A stretch of DNA of 45,344 nt, from the NCBI GenBank assembly GCA_041669865.1, contig JBAYAI010000001.1, positions 1 to 45,344 of the forward strand. The letters run 5' to 3'. The position numbers and the translations under genes were made by a program. The DNA is from Bacilli bacterium. Its GTDB lineage: Bacteria; Bacillota_I; Bacilli_A; RFN20; CAG-288. Every line of letters begins with the position of its first letter. Position 1 is the stretch's first letter. The notes beneath the pieces were generated by a model. That model was given only the letters and a program-made list of their open reading frames with translations. It was not told the DNA's origin and made no database searches. This document shows positions 9,297 through 18,247 of the stretch, piece after piece.

Positions 9297-12215
9297 TTAA
9301 TTCAGTGAATTGACAATTTCTACTGGCTTCTTTCTCAAAAGAATCAATAGAGGAATGTTGGATGTTAGCAAGTTGATGAAGGCATATCCAAAGAAGAACA
9401 CTATTGAGTAAAGCCATCCAAGGGTGTACAAGTTAAATAATCCCATAAGAATGCCAACGATAGCGCAAGGAATTAAAGTGTAGTAAAACATCGAAACAAA
9501 TATTTCCGCTGAGTTTTGCTTGACTAAACTCCATTTAGAATATCCGAGACAACGTAGAATTCCAAATTTGGCTTTGCTCTTATTTACTTTGGAAAGATTT
9601 GACATAACTGTTATTACTAAAAATATTAATAGAGTGACAACAATTGATTGTACGAATGTGGAAAGGATGTCGGTGATTTGATTCGAATTGTAGTCGCGAT
9701 AGACATCGTCGAAGATATAGCAATCGATTCCCAGGTCGTCATTTTCTTGGAAGTACCGCTGGGTTTCTTCAATGTTATCAGACAAAACGTAAGTGCTGGA
9801 GACAGTTATCTCTCCGATTGATTCATTGTAGTAGATATATATATTCGGTAGCGATGAAGCTAAATAAGTGAGAGAAGATGTATAAATAGTCTTTGTTCCC
9901 GTCAGGGCATCGTCGTAGTAACCGGTGATTCGATAATTTGAGTTGGAATTGTATTCTATATTGTTAATGATAGAGCGGTCGAATGTCTCACGCATAGAAT
10001 AGGGAATAATAATGTCTCCCCCATCGCTTGGAAAATCACCTTCGAGTATTGTTAAATCATCAGGAGCTAAAGCCACATTGCAATCACTTTCCAGTTTTTC
10101 TAAAAAAGTTCCAAAAGCATAGGATGATGAATCGTTGAAATTTCCATTCGAGTCTTGAAAATCTTTGAAACAAAAAATCTTTGCATCGGGGTTCAATGTG
10201 TCAATGATATAACCCGTACTGATTGATTGGAGGTTTCCAAGAATGGAAGAATAGTCGCCACTGCTCAATTCAATATTATTCGAAAGCAAAACTAAAGGGA
10301 CACCTGATTCTAATTCGTAAGGATCGACATCAACAGATCCGAAGATATCGTACCTCGGGTTGGAAGAAACGTCGTCGTACTCGACAAAGGTATATTCATC
10401 CAAGAGGGAAGCGGCCATTGTTGGGAAATCGTAGTAGTTTTTTCCGTATGCGTATGAATTATTATAACTATTTCTAAGGTTGTAAGCTATTTCTTGGAAT
10501 GTTGATGAATTTGCATAAAAGGAAGGGTATCCAGTGTCAACAATACCGGTAATGGTGTAATTAAAAGGCACAATTTGTGATGCTGAAGAAGTTAAGTTTA
10601 TGGTTAATTTTGTTCCGATTATCGCTTCTTGGAGAGCCTGGTGATTGATGAAAATTGGGTCAAGTTGCTTTTCGTTGAATTGATCGATGAGCTTTTGATC
10701 GATTAAAATATCTCCATCTGCCATTTGATAATTATCAAATTCTTTGGCGAAGTCGAAAGAAGCATAGCGTTCCGCATCGCTGACATTGAAGGTGAAATCG
10801 TTGTAATCAGAAGAGTAGTCAGGGGAAAGCATATTGTCCATGATACTGAAACTGCTAAAAGGCAAGGCATAATTTTCGCTCCAGTCTGTTTCATCATCCA
10901 GGTTGATTCCTAAGGAGTACTCCGATTGTCGCGTACCGACGATGTGCGAATCCTCATCGTCAATTATTTTTGCTAATTCGAAGGAAGACAAAGTCTTGTG
11001 AGTTGAATCTCGCGTGACCATAGTTATGAAATTTTCGTGGTAGTCGATATTCGCTTCTCCAGTCAATACGCTCAATTGACCAATCATAATCGAAAAGAGA
11101 ATAAAGATGACCAATGGGAAAAATGCATTGGAAAAACGAACCAAGAAAGATTTGAAACTCTTTGTATTTGCTTTGGAATAGGCAATGAAAGATTTATATA
11201 AGTGCCAATCTTTAAATGGCTTTTTTTCTTTTGTGTTTTCGAAGTCTAAGGTTACAGATTCAGTTTCGGTTGTATCAGGCAAAACGATTTCGCTATCGTT
11301 CTTATCCACATTATCGTTTTCGGAATCATCATTTCCGGCAATTTCCGCCTCTTCTTTGGATATGATGGAAATATTGTCTCCGATGACTAATATTTTTCCA
11401 TTTTTTCGAATTATTTTTAATTCGCTCACATCAGATTTGTCAGAGGAATTTTGAGAAAATAACTTTACGATAAAGTCCTTACTCTTAAATTCACTTTGTG
11501 ACATTTTTGCCACATTGATGTTTTGTGTTATGCTCGACAGTTTAATGTCTTCGGCTTTGGACCCATCAATTTCCAATAGTTTTTTATCTTTTATTTGATA
11601 AATTTTATCTGCGTATTTGTTGACGATACCTAAATTGTGAGTTACGCAAATGATGAGGTGATTTTTCGAAAGACGCTTGAGTATGTTCATGACAATGATG
11701 GAATTTTTCGAATCTAAATTACCAGTTGGTTCGTCAGCTAGTATGACTCTCGGATTGCTTGCTAAAGCACGAGCGATAGCTATTCTTTGCCGCTGGCCAA
11801 GAGAGAGGGCTCTCACTCGGCGGTTGAGATTCATTTCTAATCCAACTGCCTGCATGAGCAAACTCGTTCCTTTCCGAATTTTAGTTTCATCATAAATGCC
11901 AATTAGATTCAAGGAATATCTAATGTTTTCAAGGATTGATAAATCGTCAAAAAGCAGGAAATTTTGAAATATATAACCTATATGTTCCGGACGATACTTT
12001 TCAATATTAACTTTTTTTTGGTCGTAAAGAATCTCACCATCGTAGGAAATCAGCCCGCCTATGGCATTGAGAATCGTGGATTTTCCCGAGCCAGAGCGAC
12101 CGACAAAAAAGACGAAACCACTGTCGGGCAACTGAACAGAGGCACTATCTAAAACTTTGTTGGCATTTCTATGTCTCTTATTATATGTTTTGGAAACACT
12201 TTTTACGTCAATCAT
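9297..12215 (-). CDS. Fused ABC ATPase + FtsX/MacB-type permease, long subunit, copy 2 (972 aa)
   Basis: Paralog of 4150-6981. By hand count 141 of the first 200 aa are identical, with the same LSLGQRQR signature and ILADEPTGNLD. The architecture is the same and the C terminus carries LRCLGYSKWSL. A GAAGGTGA RBS sits inside the end of the upstream gene. Confidence 0.9.
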   Translation of the reverse strand: MIDVKSVSKTYNKRHRNANKVLDSASVQLPDSGFVFFVGRSGSGKSTILNAIGGLISYDGEILYDQKKVNIEKYRPEHIGYIFQNFLLFDDLSILENIRYSLNLIGIYDETKIRKGTSLLMQAVGLEMNLNRRVRALSLGQRQRIAIARALASNPRVILADEPTGNLDSKNSIIVMNILKRLSKNHLIICVTHNLGIVNKYADKIYQIKDKKLLEIDGSKAEDIKLSSITQNINVAKMSQSEFKSKDFIVKLFSQNSSDKSDVSELKIIRKNGKILVIGDNISIISKEEAEIAGNDDSENDNVDKNDSEIVLPDTTETESVTLDFENTKEKKPFKDWHLYKSFIAYSKANTKSFKSFLVRFSNAFFPLVIFILFSIMIGQLSVLTGEANIDYHENFITMVTRDSTHKTLSSFELAKIIDDEDSHIVGTRQSEYSLGINLDDETDWSENYALPFSSFSIMDNMLSPDYSSDYNDFTFNVSDAERYASFDFAKEFDNYQMADGDILIDQKLIDQFNEKQLDPIFINHQALQEAIIGTKLTINLTSSASQIVPFNYTITGIVDTGYPSFYANSSTFQEIAYNLRNSYNNSYAYGKNYYDFPTMAASLLDEYTFVEYDDVSSNPRYDIFGSVDVDPYELESGVPLVLLSNNIELSSGDYSSILGNLQSISTGYIIDTLNPDAKIFCFKDFQDSNGNFNDSSSYAFGTFLEKLESDCNVALAPDDLTILEGDFPSDGGDIIIPYSMRETFDRSIINNIEYNSNSNYRITGYYDDALTGTKTIYTSSLTYLASSLPNIYIYYNESIGEITVSSTYVLSDNIEETQRYFQENDDLGIDCYIFDDVYRDYNSNQITDILSTFVQSIVVTLLIFLVITVMSNLSKVNKSKAKFGILRCLGYSKWSLVKQNSAEIFVSMFYYTLIPCAIVGILMGLFNLYTLGWLYSIVFFFGYAFINLLTSNIPLLILLRKKPVEIVNSLN

Positions 12216-12216
12216 G

Positions 12217-14517
12217 TTATTTCACCTTCTTTCGTCTGGGGAGTGCAATGAAAATCGCACAAAGTAGACTGATGACAATCGCTAATATTAACATCCATGC
12301 GTTTGCTTGGAATATCAGCATTGCATTTGGTACATAATTAAAAAATACGGAATATGTTATGACAATTGATACTATGGATAGACCAATGAACTCAATCAAG
12401 TTGACAATTACAATATCTTTAAATGAATAACCTATATATTTTAGAACTTGCTGATCGTAGTCCTTGCGATAGTAGAAACGGTTGATGATTACTTTTATGA
12501 GGAACGCAATTATCAATATTGCAATTAAAATGAGAACGAAGAGACTCAAGTATCCAATTCTAGCGAAAGCGTTGGACCCGAGGATATTTAAATCGTAATT
12601 GACGTAATTGGAACTTACTTTTTCCTGAAGATAGAGGCGTGGATAGATATCCTTGTACTTATCGTATTGTTGTTTTGCGATATCTGCTGTAGGGAAATAT
12701 GTGGTTGATTCCAGTTGTAACTCGGCTATAACTTTAGAAAGAGCAAAATCGTACATTGTGTACACCGATGACCGGCCGCTTATGTCGATGTATTCAATGT
12801 CGAAGGAACTTTTCGGTATTATTAAATTCTTATATTTGACATCAAATTCTACTTCTTCTAAATCACTAGATAAAAATAGCTTGTCGATTCCTTTTATCGA
12901 TGAGCTAGAGCTATCGCTCAATAGAAAGTTGTAGTCACTTACAATCTCTCCATCTTCGGTGGTGATTTCTACTTTTGAAGCAGCTGAATCAACTTGATAT
13001 TCGATTGCATGTGGAGAGATTGAAGCTGAAGAAGTATAGATGTAATCTTTAATTTCATCGAGGAAATTGGGGTTGCAGATCAAGTATATGTTGTTAGTAT
13101 TATTTTGAGTACTGTCATAGAAATACATACTCGTTATAGTTGCTTTTGGACGAATCTGTAAGTCAAATTCCAATTCTTCATCAGTAAAATAATTGTAAGA
13201 ATTATAAATTGACACTCCAAATTCATCTTGAGATATGATTTCAAGGTTTTCAAAGTAGTATCCGTTTTTGTCAATGGTATCAGGAATAAGTAAATTGATG
13301 TAGTCGGTAGTTTGTCCAGTTCCTGAAATAAATTCTAATTCATCATCCTGATCGTAGTAGGGAAGAATTTTAACTGTTTCCGAAGTCATGTAATCAGGAT
13401 TGTAATTAGAACTGTCAATATAGTCAGAAGTAAATTGCTCATCTAAATAGTTATTGTTGTAAGCAGGAGAAATAAGGTAAAAAAAGTCCTGGAAGATATT
13501 TGCATAGTCCGTGTAGTGTTCTTCATCAAATGACAAATCAATATCGTTTAAATTTTCCTTGCGATTGCTTACTGCATTTCCCATGTTGTAAGTGTTGTAA
13601 TATTCACTTCCTCCAAGGAAAGAAGATAAGGTGCTGTTAGCGAGAATAATCCCATTGGCAAAGCCGTAAAAAGAACCTAGTATACCTGCATAGGCAAAAA
13701 TGAGAACGATCAGGGTAGAAATGAGTCTTCCAATTCGTTTAAAACCTATGAGATAAGAGGAATAAAGATATGATAAAAATGAAAACTTTTCTTCGCTTGG
13801 ACTTTTTATTTTTTCCGATTTTTCCGCTTGTATTTTGGATATTGTGTCATCTTTTATCAAGTGACCGTCGGAAAGAACGATATGTCTAGTAACGCATCGC
13901 TCGACAATCTCATAATCGTGAGTAACATAGAGAATCAATTTCCCTTTGCTTATTTTTTCTATGAGATCGATTATCGTTTTTGAAGTTTCATTGTCTAAAT
14001 TTCCCGTTGGTTCATCGAAGACGATGACCGGTGTATTCAGGGCGAGGGAACGCGCAATTGCAACGCGCTGTCGCTCCCCACCAGACAACTTGGAAACGCG
14101 CATGTGTATTTGATCTTTGAGGTCGACATCCAACAGTGCTTTTTTAGCGAGCTTTCTTGCTTCTTTGAGTTTTTTTCCTTGCTTTAAAAGAGCGAGAGTT
14201 ATGTTTTCGAGACCGGAGATGGATTCGACGAGATTATAGTCTTGAAAGACAAAAGAAATATTATCTGTATAGAGTTTCTGTTTTTCTTTTTGCGTCAAAT
14301 CCGAGATTGGAACATCATCAAAAGTAATCTCACCTTCGTCGTAATCTTCGATTCCGGTAATAACTTTTATCAAGGAAGATTTACCTGCTCCCGATTCGCC
14401 TGTAATAACAACAAATGAGCCGTCAGTTTGAAATTCTAATGATATATTTTCTAATGCCTTGGTAGACTTACCTTGGTCATAATAATATTTATTTATTTTA
14501 CTTAATTTAATTTTCAT
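12217..14517 (-). CDS. Fused ABC ATPase + FtsX/MacB-type permease, short subunit, copy 2 (766 aa from the ATG at 14517)
   Basis: Paralog of 6974-9262 and shares the identical stretch KINKYYYDQGKSTKALENISLEF. The ORF-track TTG start at 14532 lies over the GGAG RBS. The ATG at 14517 aligns with the paralog N terminus (MKIKLSKINKYY versus MNIKLKKINKYY). Confidence 0.88.
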   Translation of the reverse strand: MKIKLSKINKYYYDQGKSTKALENISLEFQTDGSFVVITGESGAGKSSLIKVITGIEDYDEGEITFDDVPISDLTQKEKQKLYTDNISFVFQDYNLVESISGLENITLALLKQGKKLKEARKLAKKALLDVDLKDQIHMRVSKLSGGERQRVAIARSLALNTPVIVFDEPTGNLDNETSKTIIDLIEKISKGKLILYVTHDYEIVERCVTRHIVLSDGHLIKDDTISKIQAEKSEKIKSPSEEKFSFLSYLYSSYLIGFKRIGRLISTLIVLIFAYAGILGSFYGFANGIILANSTLSSFLGGSEYYNTYNMGNAVSNRKENLNDIDLSFDEEHYTDYANIFQDFFYLISPAYNNNYLDEQFTSDYIDSSNYNPDYMTSETVKILPYYDQDDELEFISGTGQTTDYINLLIPDTIDKNGYYFENLEIISQDEFGVSIYNSYNYFTDEELEFDLQIRPKATITSMYFYDSTQNNTNNIYLICNPNFLDEIKDYIYTSSASISPHAIEYQVDSAASKVEITTEDGEIVSDYNFLLSDSSSSSIKGIDKLFLSSDLEEVEFDVKYKNLIIPKSSFDIEYIDISGRSSVYTMYDFALSKVIAELQLESTTYFPTADIAKQQYDKYKDIYPRLYLQEKVSSNYVNYDLNILGSNAFARIGYLSLFVLILIAILIIAFLIKVIINRFYYRKDYDQQVLKYIGYSFKDIVIVNLIEFIGLSIVSIVITYSVFFNYVPNAMLIFQANAWMLILAIVISLLCAIFIALPRRKKVK

Positions 14518-14582
14518 TATCAAAAACTCCAATTTTTTGTAAACGACTATCTCTATCTTATCGTATATTATTTTTTTTCACA

Positions 14583-14609
14583 ATTATAATTGAAAAGACA
14601 GTGTGTCAA
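14583..14609 (-). promoter_or_regulatory. Candidate sigma-A promoter of the ABC operon
   Basis: The minus strand has a perfect TTGACA (14604-14609) and a perfect TATAAT (14583-14588). The spacer is only 15 nt. The element lies about 65 nt upstream of the ATG at 14517. Confidence 0.4.
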
Positions 14610-14658
14610 ATTGGAATAATAACCAAGTAAGAGTCATATATTCATGAAAAAACGGCAT

Positions 14659-14683
14659 AAAAAAAGCGAGTCGCAAGACTCGC
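14659..14683 (-). terminator. Rho-independent terminator after the ROK kinase gene
   Basis: Stem gcgagtc, loop gcaa, stem gactcgc, followed on the minus strand by TTTTTTTA. Confidence 0.75.
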
Positions 14684-14695
14684 AGGAAAGGTTGA

Positions 14696-15580
14696 TTATC
14701 TCTTTTTGCTCATGAGCGAGAGTGCGACACCACTTGCGCCCATTAGGCCAGTATCTTGGTCAAATTCAGCGAGGACTAAGTGCACGGGTCTAACCGGAAA
14801 AGGTGCACAAAATGCTTCGGTGACTTTTTGAAGATCGTTGATAAAGATATCAGCGGATTTAACTAATCCACCAGAGACAACAATTTTTTCTGGATTGAAA
14901 CTGAGTTGCGAATTAGCTAAAACAGAAGAAAGCAACTTTAACCAATCTTCGTAAACATCAAGGGCTTTGGGGTTTTTAGTTTTAACCAGTGAGAAAAACT
15001 CTGCAGCATCTTTTACCGTCAATCCGTTGAGATTGCACAAAAGGACGATGCCTGTTCCTGAACACAGTTGCTCTAATTCGTAAAACCTATTTTGATAGGT
15101 AACGTATATGTGTCCCATTTCTAAGGGGACATCTACGAGTTGTCTATTTACTATCAAACCAGTTCCAACGCCCGTTGAGATTGTTATGAAAAATGAATCC
15201 TGACAGTCCTTTGCGGCGCCTTTGAGCGATTCAATCAAACCTGAGCAATTGGCGTCATTGACGACACCAGCGGTCAAGGAAGGGAAGTCTTTCGTCAATC
15301 TTCCAGCTATGTCGAAATCTTTGATGTAAAGATTGGGAGCTAGTTTCAAAATACCATCTTCACAAAAACCGCAAGCGGAAACACCAATATATTTTATAGT
15401 TCCATCATTTTCCGGAGAATCCAACAAGCGAGTTACCATCGATTTAATTTGTTTATATAATTCATCGTTGGAGTATTTGGTAGATCTTTCGCGAAAGACC
15501 TTGTGTATATTCAAATCTTCATCTACAATGGCGCCTCTGAGATTTGTGCCACCTAAATCTATTGCTATGAAACGACTCAT
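14696..15580 (-). CDS. ROK-family sugar kinase (glucokinase-like)
   Basis: 294 aa. N-terminal ATP-binding DxGGT motif (IAIDLGGTNLRGAIV) and a ROK core (ISTGVGTGLIVNRQL...EMGHI). The start overlaps the pyk stop by 4 nt (ATGA). Confidence 0.8.
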   Translation of the reverse strand: MSRFIAIDLGGTNLRGAIVDEDLNIHKVFRERSTKYSNDELYKQIKSMVTRLLDSPENDGTIKYIGVSACGFCEDGILKLAPNLYIKDFDIAGRLTKDFPSLTAGVVNDANCSGLIESLKGAAKDCQDSFFITISTGVGTGLIVNRQLVDVPLEMGHIYVTYQNRFYELEQLCSGTGIVLLCNLNGLTVKDAAEFFSLVKTKNPKALDVYEDWLKLLSSVLANSQLSFNPEKIVVSGGLVKSADIFINDLQKVTEAFCAPFPVRPVHLVLAEFDQDTGLMGASGVALSLMSKKR

Positions 15581-17028
15581 AAATCTATTTCTACCTCTCT
15601 TTGTCCATATGTTATGACTTTCATAAAGTTTGTTTTACCAGCGCCTACAGGAGTACCACCGGTAATTACTATCTTTGTGTTTTTTGCTAATCCATTTTTT
15701 CTCGCGATATGAATAGCTAGAACTTCCATCTCTTCAATAAACTGTGGAACGTGCTTTACAAGTTTAGGATAGACTCCGAAACTCATCATTCCTGATGTGC
15801 AAGCGTATCTTTCGGAAGAAACGGAAACAACAGGACAGCAAGGGCGAACTCTCGATAGTCTTCGAGCAGTAGCACCTGTCTCGGAAAAACACACGATAAG
15901 TTTAGCGTCGAGTAAGAGAGCGGTATTTCCTACAGCAAATGCGAGAGCATCGTTCAATTCTTTATCAGAAGTTTCATATGCTTCTTGAAGTAAATTGTGA
16001 TAGTCGAGATAATTTTCCATCTTCGATGAAATTTTCGATTGCATTGCGACTGATTCGATGGGATATTCACCAGATGCCGATTCAGCTGATAGCATAACAG
16101 CGTCGGTTGATTCCAATACAGCATTAGCTACATCGCTTACTTCGGCTCTCGTGGGATTTGGATTTGTCTTCATCGAATCGAGCATTTGAGTAGCGGTTAT
16201 TACTGGCTTACCTACTTTGCGACACTTGTTGATAAGTTCTCTTTGAATAACTGGAACTTCTTCGGGGGGAACTTCGACCCCTAAGTCCCCTCTAGCGACC
16301 ATAATTCCATCGGAAGCAGCGATGATTTCATCCATCGCAGCGACCGCTTCAGTATTTTCGACTTTCGAAATTATCTTGATGTGTTCACCGCCGTGTTCAT
16401 CTAAAACCTTTCTGATATCTTTTATATCTTTTGTGTTTCGTATAAATGAAGCGGAGACAAAATCAACTTTGTTTTCACATCCCCAAACTAAATCATTGAA
16501 ATCTTTCTCAGAAATGTAATCCATATTTAGGTGAGAGTTTGGACAATTGATTCCTCTCTCATCCTTAATTATGTGATGATTTAAAGCTTTGGTGATCAAG
16601 CAGTGTTCCTTCTCATCTTTTCCGGTGACTACTAGGCCTAAATTTCCATCGTCAAGGCGGATGTTATCTCCGACATCGCAGTCGTCGTAAAGATGTTCAT
16701 AGCTGACAGAAAACTTTGTTGCGTCACCCATTATCGGTTTCATATATATTCGAACTTCTGAACCAGTTTCAATGCTCGCTTTTCCACCGACGAATGATCC
16801 AGATCTGATTTCCGGACCCTTAGTATCGAGCATGATGGGGATAATTATGTTGCGCTCTGCCTCGATTTCTCTAATGATTTTAATCTTAGCTAAGTGTTCC
16901 TCATAATTTCCGTGTGAGAAATTGAGTCTAGCGACGTTCATTCCGGCATCTATCATCTTTAATAGAGTTTCTTTGTTTTGCGAAGCTGGACCAATGGTAC
17001 ACACAACTTTAGTTTTCTTACTAAACAT
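15577..17028 (-). CDS. pyk: Pyruvate kinase
   Basis: 483 aa. Motifs: KVVCTIGPAS, MNVARLNFSHG, MVARGDLGVE, TQMLDSM. It follows pfkA, as in the Firmicute pfkA-pyk operon. Confidence 0.95.
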   Translation of the reverse strand: MFSKKTKVVCTIGPASQNKETLLKMIDAGMNVARLNFSHGNYEEHLAKIKIIREIEAERNIIIPIMLDTKGPEIRSGSFVGGKASIETGSEVRIYMKPIMGDATKFSVSYEHLYDDCDVGDNIRLDDGNLGLVVTGKDEKEHCLITKALNHHIIKDERGINCPNSHLNMDYISEKDFNDLVWGCENKVDFVSASFIRNTKDIKDIRKVLDEHGGEHIKIISKVENTEAVAAMDEIIAASDGIMVARGDLGVEVPPEEVPVIQRELINKCRKVGKPVITATQMLDSMKTNPNPTRAEVSDVANAVLESTDAVMLSAESASGEYPIESVAMQSKISSKMENYLDYHNLLQEAYETSDKELNDALAFAVGNTALLLDAKLIVCFSETGATARRLSRVRPCCPVVSVSSERYACTSGMMSFGVYPKLVKHVPQFIEEMEVLAIHIARKNGLAKNTKIVITGGTPVGAGKTNFMKVITYGQREVEIDL

Positions 17029-17098
17029 AATAATTTTCCCTCTTTTCTACAAATAAATAATAATACAAATTAACCAAAATTTTAACCGATATCGCGAA

Positions 17099-18058
17099 TT
17101 ATTCCAAATCGTTAGTGATTTTGACGAATTTTTCAGACGAAGGTCTAGGCATTGCAAGAGCATCTGCAATCAAATTAGTTGTGAGCTTATTGTCGATTAT
17201 TCCAATGCAGGAAGAAGATACTCCTTTTTTGAGTAATTCAATTGAATAGTGACCAAGTCTCGAGGCTAAAACGCGATCGTAGGCGGAAGGAGTTCCACCT
17301 CTTTGCATGTGGCCGAGAATTTCAGCTCTCGTTTCAAACCCGCACTTATACATAATCTCGTGAGCGAGTTCATAGACGTCGCAAACCTTTTCCGAGATGA
17401 TAATTATAGCGTGATTCTTTCCTTTCTCACGCTCTTTTTTCAAGAAGTTGATGACGGATTCTTTGGAAAATTTAGTCTCGTTAGTAATGACCATCTCTGC
17501 ACCGCAAGCAAGGCCAGCGTGAGCAGCTAAATCTCCGCATCTATTACCCATGACTTCAACGATTGAACAGCGTTGGTGGGAAGAGGATGTATCTCTCAAT
17601 CTATCTACGCATTCAACAATGGTGTTGAGCGCAGTGTCAAATCCTATTGTGTAGTCGGTCGATGCAATGTCGTTATCGATTGTTCCTGGAATACCAATGG
17701 TGTTGATTCCCAAGCGCGACAAAGCGGCAAGGCCCATATATGTTCCATCACCACCGATTCCGACCAAGGCGTCAATTCCGTGTTTCTTCAATATTTCAGC
17801 ACCCTTTTTTTGAACGTCAAGATTCTTGAATTCAGGTAGACGTGCTGTTCCTAATATTGTTCCACCTCTATTGATGATTTCCGAAACAGAATGTCTATCC
17901 ATCTTAAAGATATTGTCTTCGAGCAAACCGCGATATCCATCTCTTATTCCATACATTTCAAATCCGTTAATCAGGCCAGATCTTACGACTGCGCGAATGC
18001 AGGCATTCATGCCAGGAGCATCGCCACCAGATGTCAAGATCGCTATTTTTTTTATCAT
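17099..18058 (-). CDS. pfkA: ATP-dependent 6-phosphofructokinase
   Basis: 319 aa. Motifs: ILTSGGDAPGMNA, IGGDGT, PGTIDND, MGR-like VEVMGNRCGDLA, LGHMQRGG. Confidence 0.95.
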   Translation of the reverse strand: MIKKIAILTSGGDAPGMNACIRAVVRSGLINGFEMYGIRDGYRGLLEDNIFKMDRHSVSEIINRGGTILGTARLPEFKNLDVQKKGAEILKKHGIDALVGIGGDGTYMGLAALSRLGINTIGIPGTIDNDIASTDYTIGFDTALNTIVECVDRLRDTSSSHQRCSIVEVMGNRCGDLAAHAGLACGAEMVITNETKFSKESVINFLKKEREKGKNHAIIIISEKVCDVYELAHEIMYKCGFETRAEILGHMQRGGTPSAYDRVLASRLGHYSIELLKKGVSSSCIGIIDNKLTTNLIADALAMPRPSSEKFVKITNDLE

Positions 18059-18116
18059 AATATTTAAAAACCTCCATATATTACATCATTAATCTACCAT
18101 ATACATTAAGTGTACA

Positions 18117-18143
18117 AGAAAAAACCGCTGCAGTAAGCGGTTT
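18117..18143 (-). terminator. Rho-independent terminator after the membrane protein gene
   Basis: Stem aaaccgct, loop gcagta, stem agcggttt, followed on the minus strand by a T run. Confidence 0.7.
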
Positions 18144-18247
18144 CATATATAAACTTTATCGAAAAACACATCAAGAATGTTGAAATTTCCGAAAAATTGG
18201 TGAAAATATATTGATTTTCAATCGAATAAATAGCGATGCTTCCGAAA

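Noticed and set aside
14518-14532. ORF-track 5' extensions: 14518-14532, 19103-19126, 22872-22901, 35123-35221 and 43824-43868.
   Set aside because: In each case an internal ATG is preceded by a good GGAG-type RBS at 5-9 nt. That start also matches the paralog or family N terminus or the signal peptide. The upstream extension lacks an RBS or covers the RBS itself.
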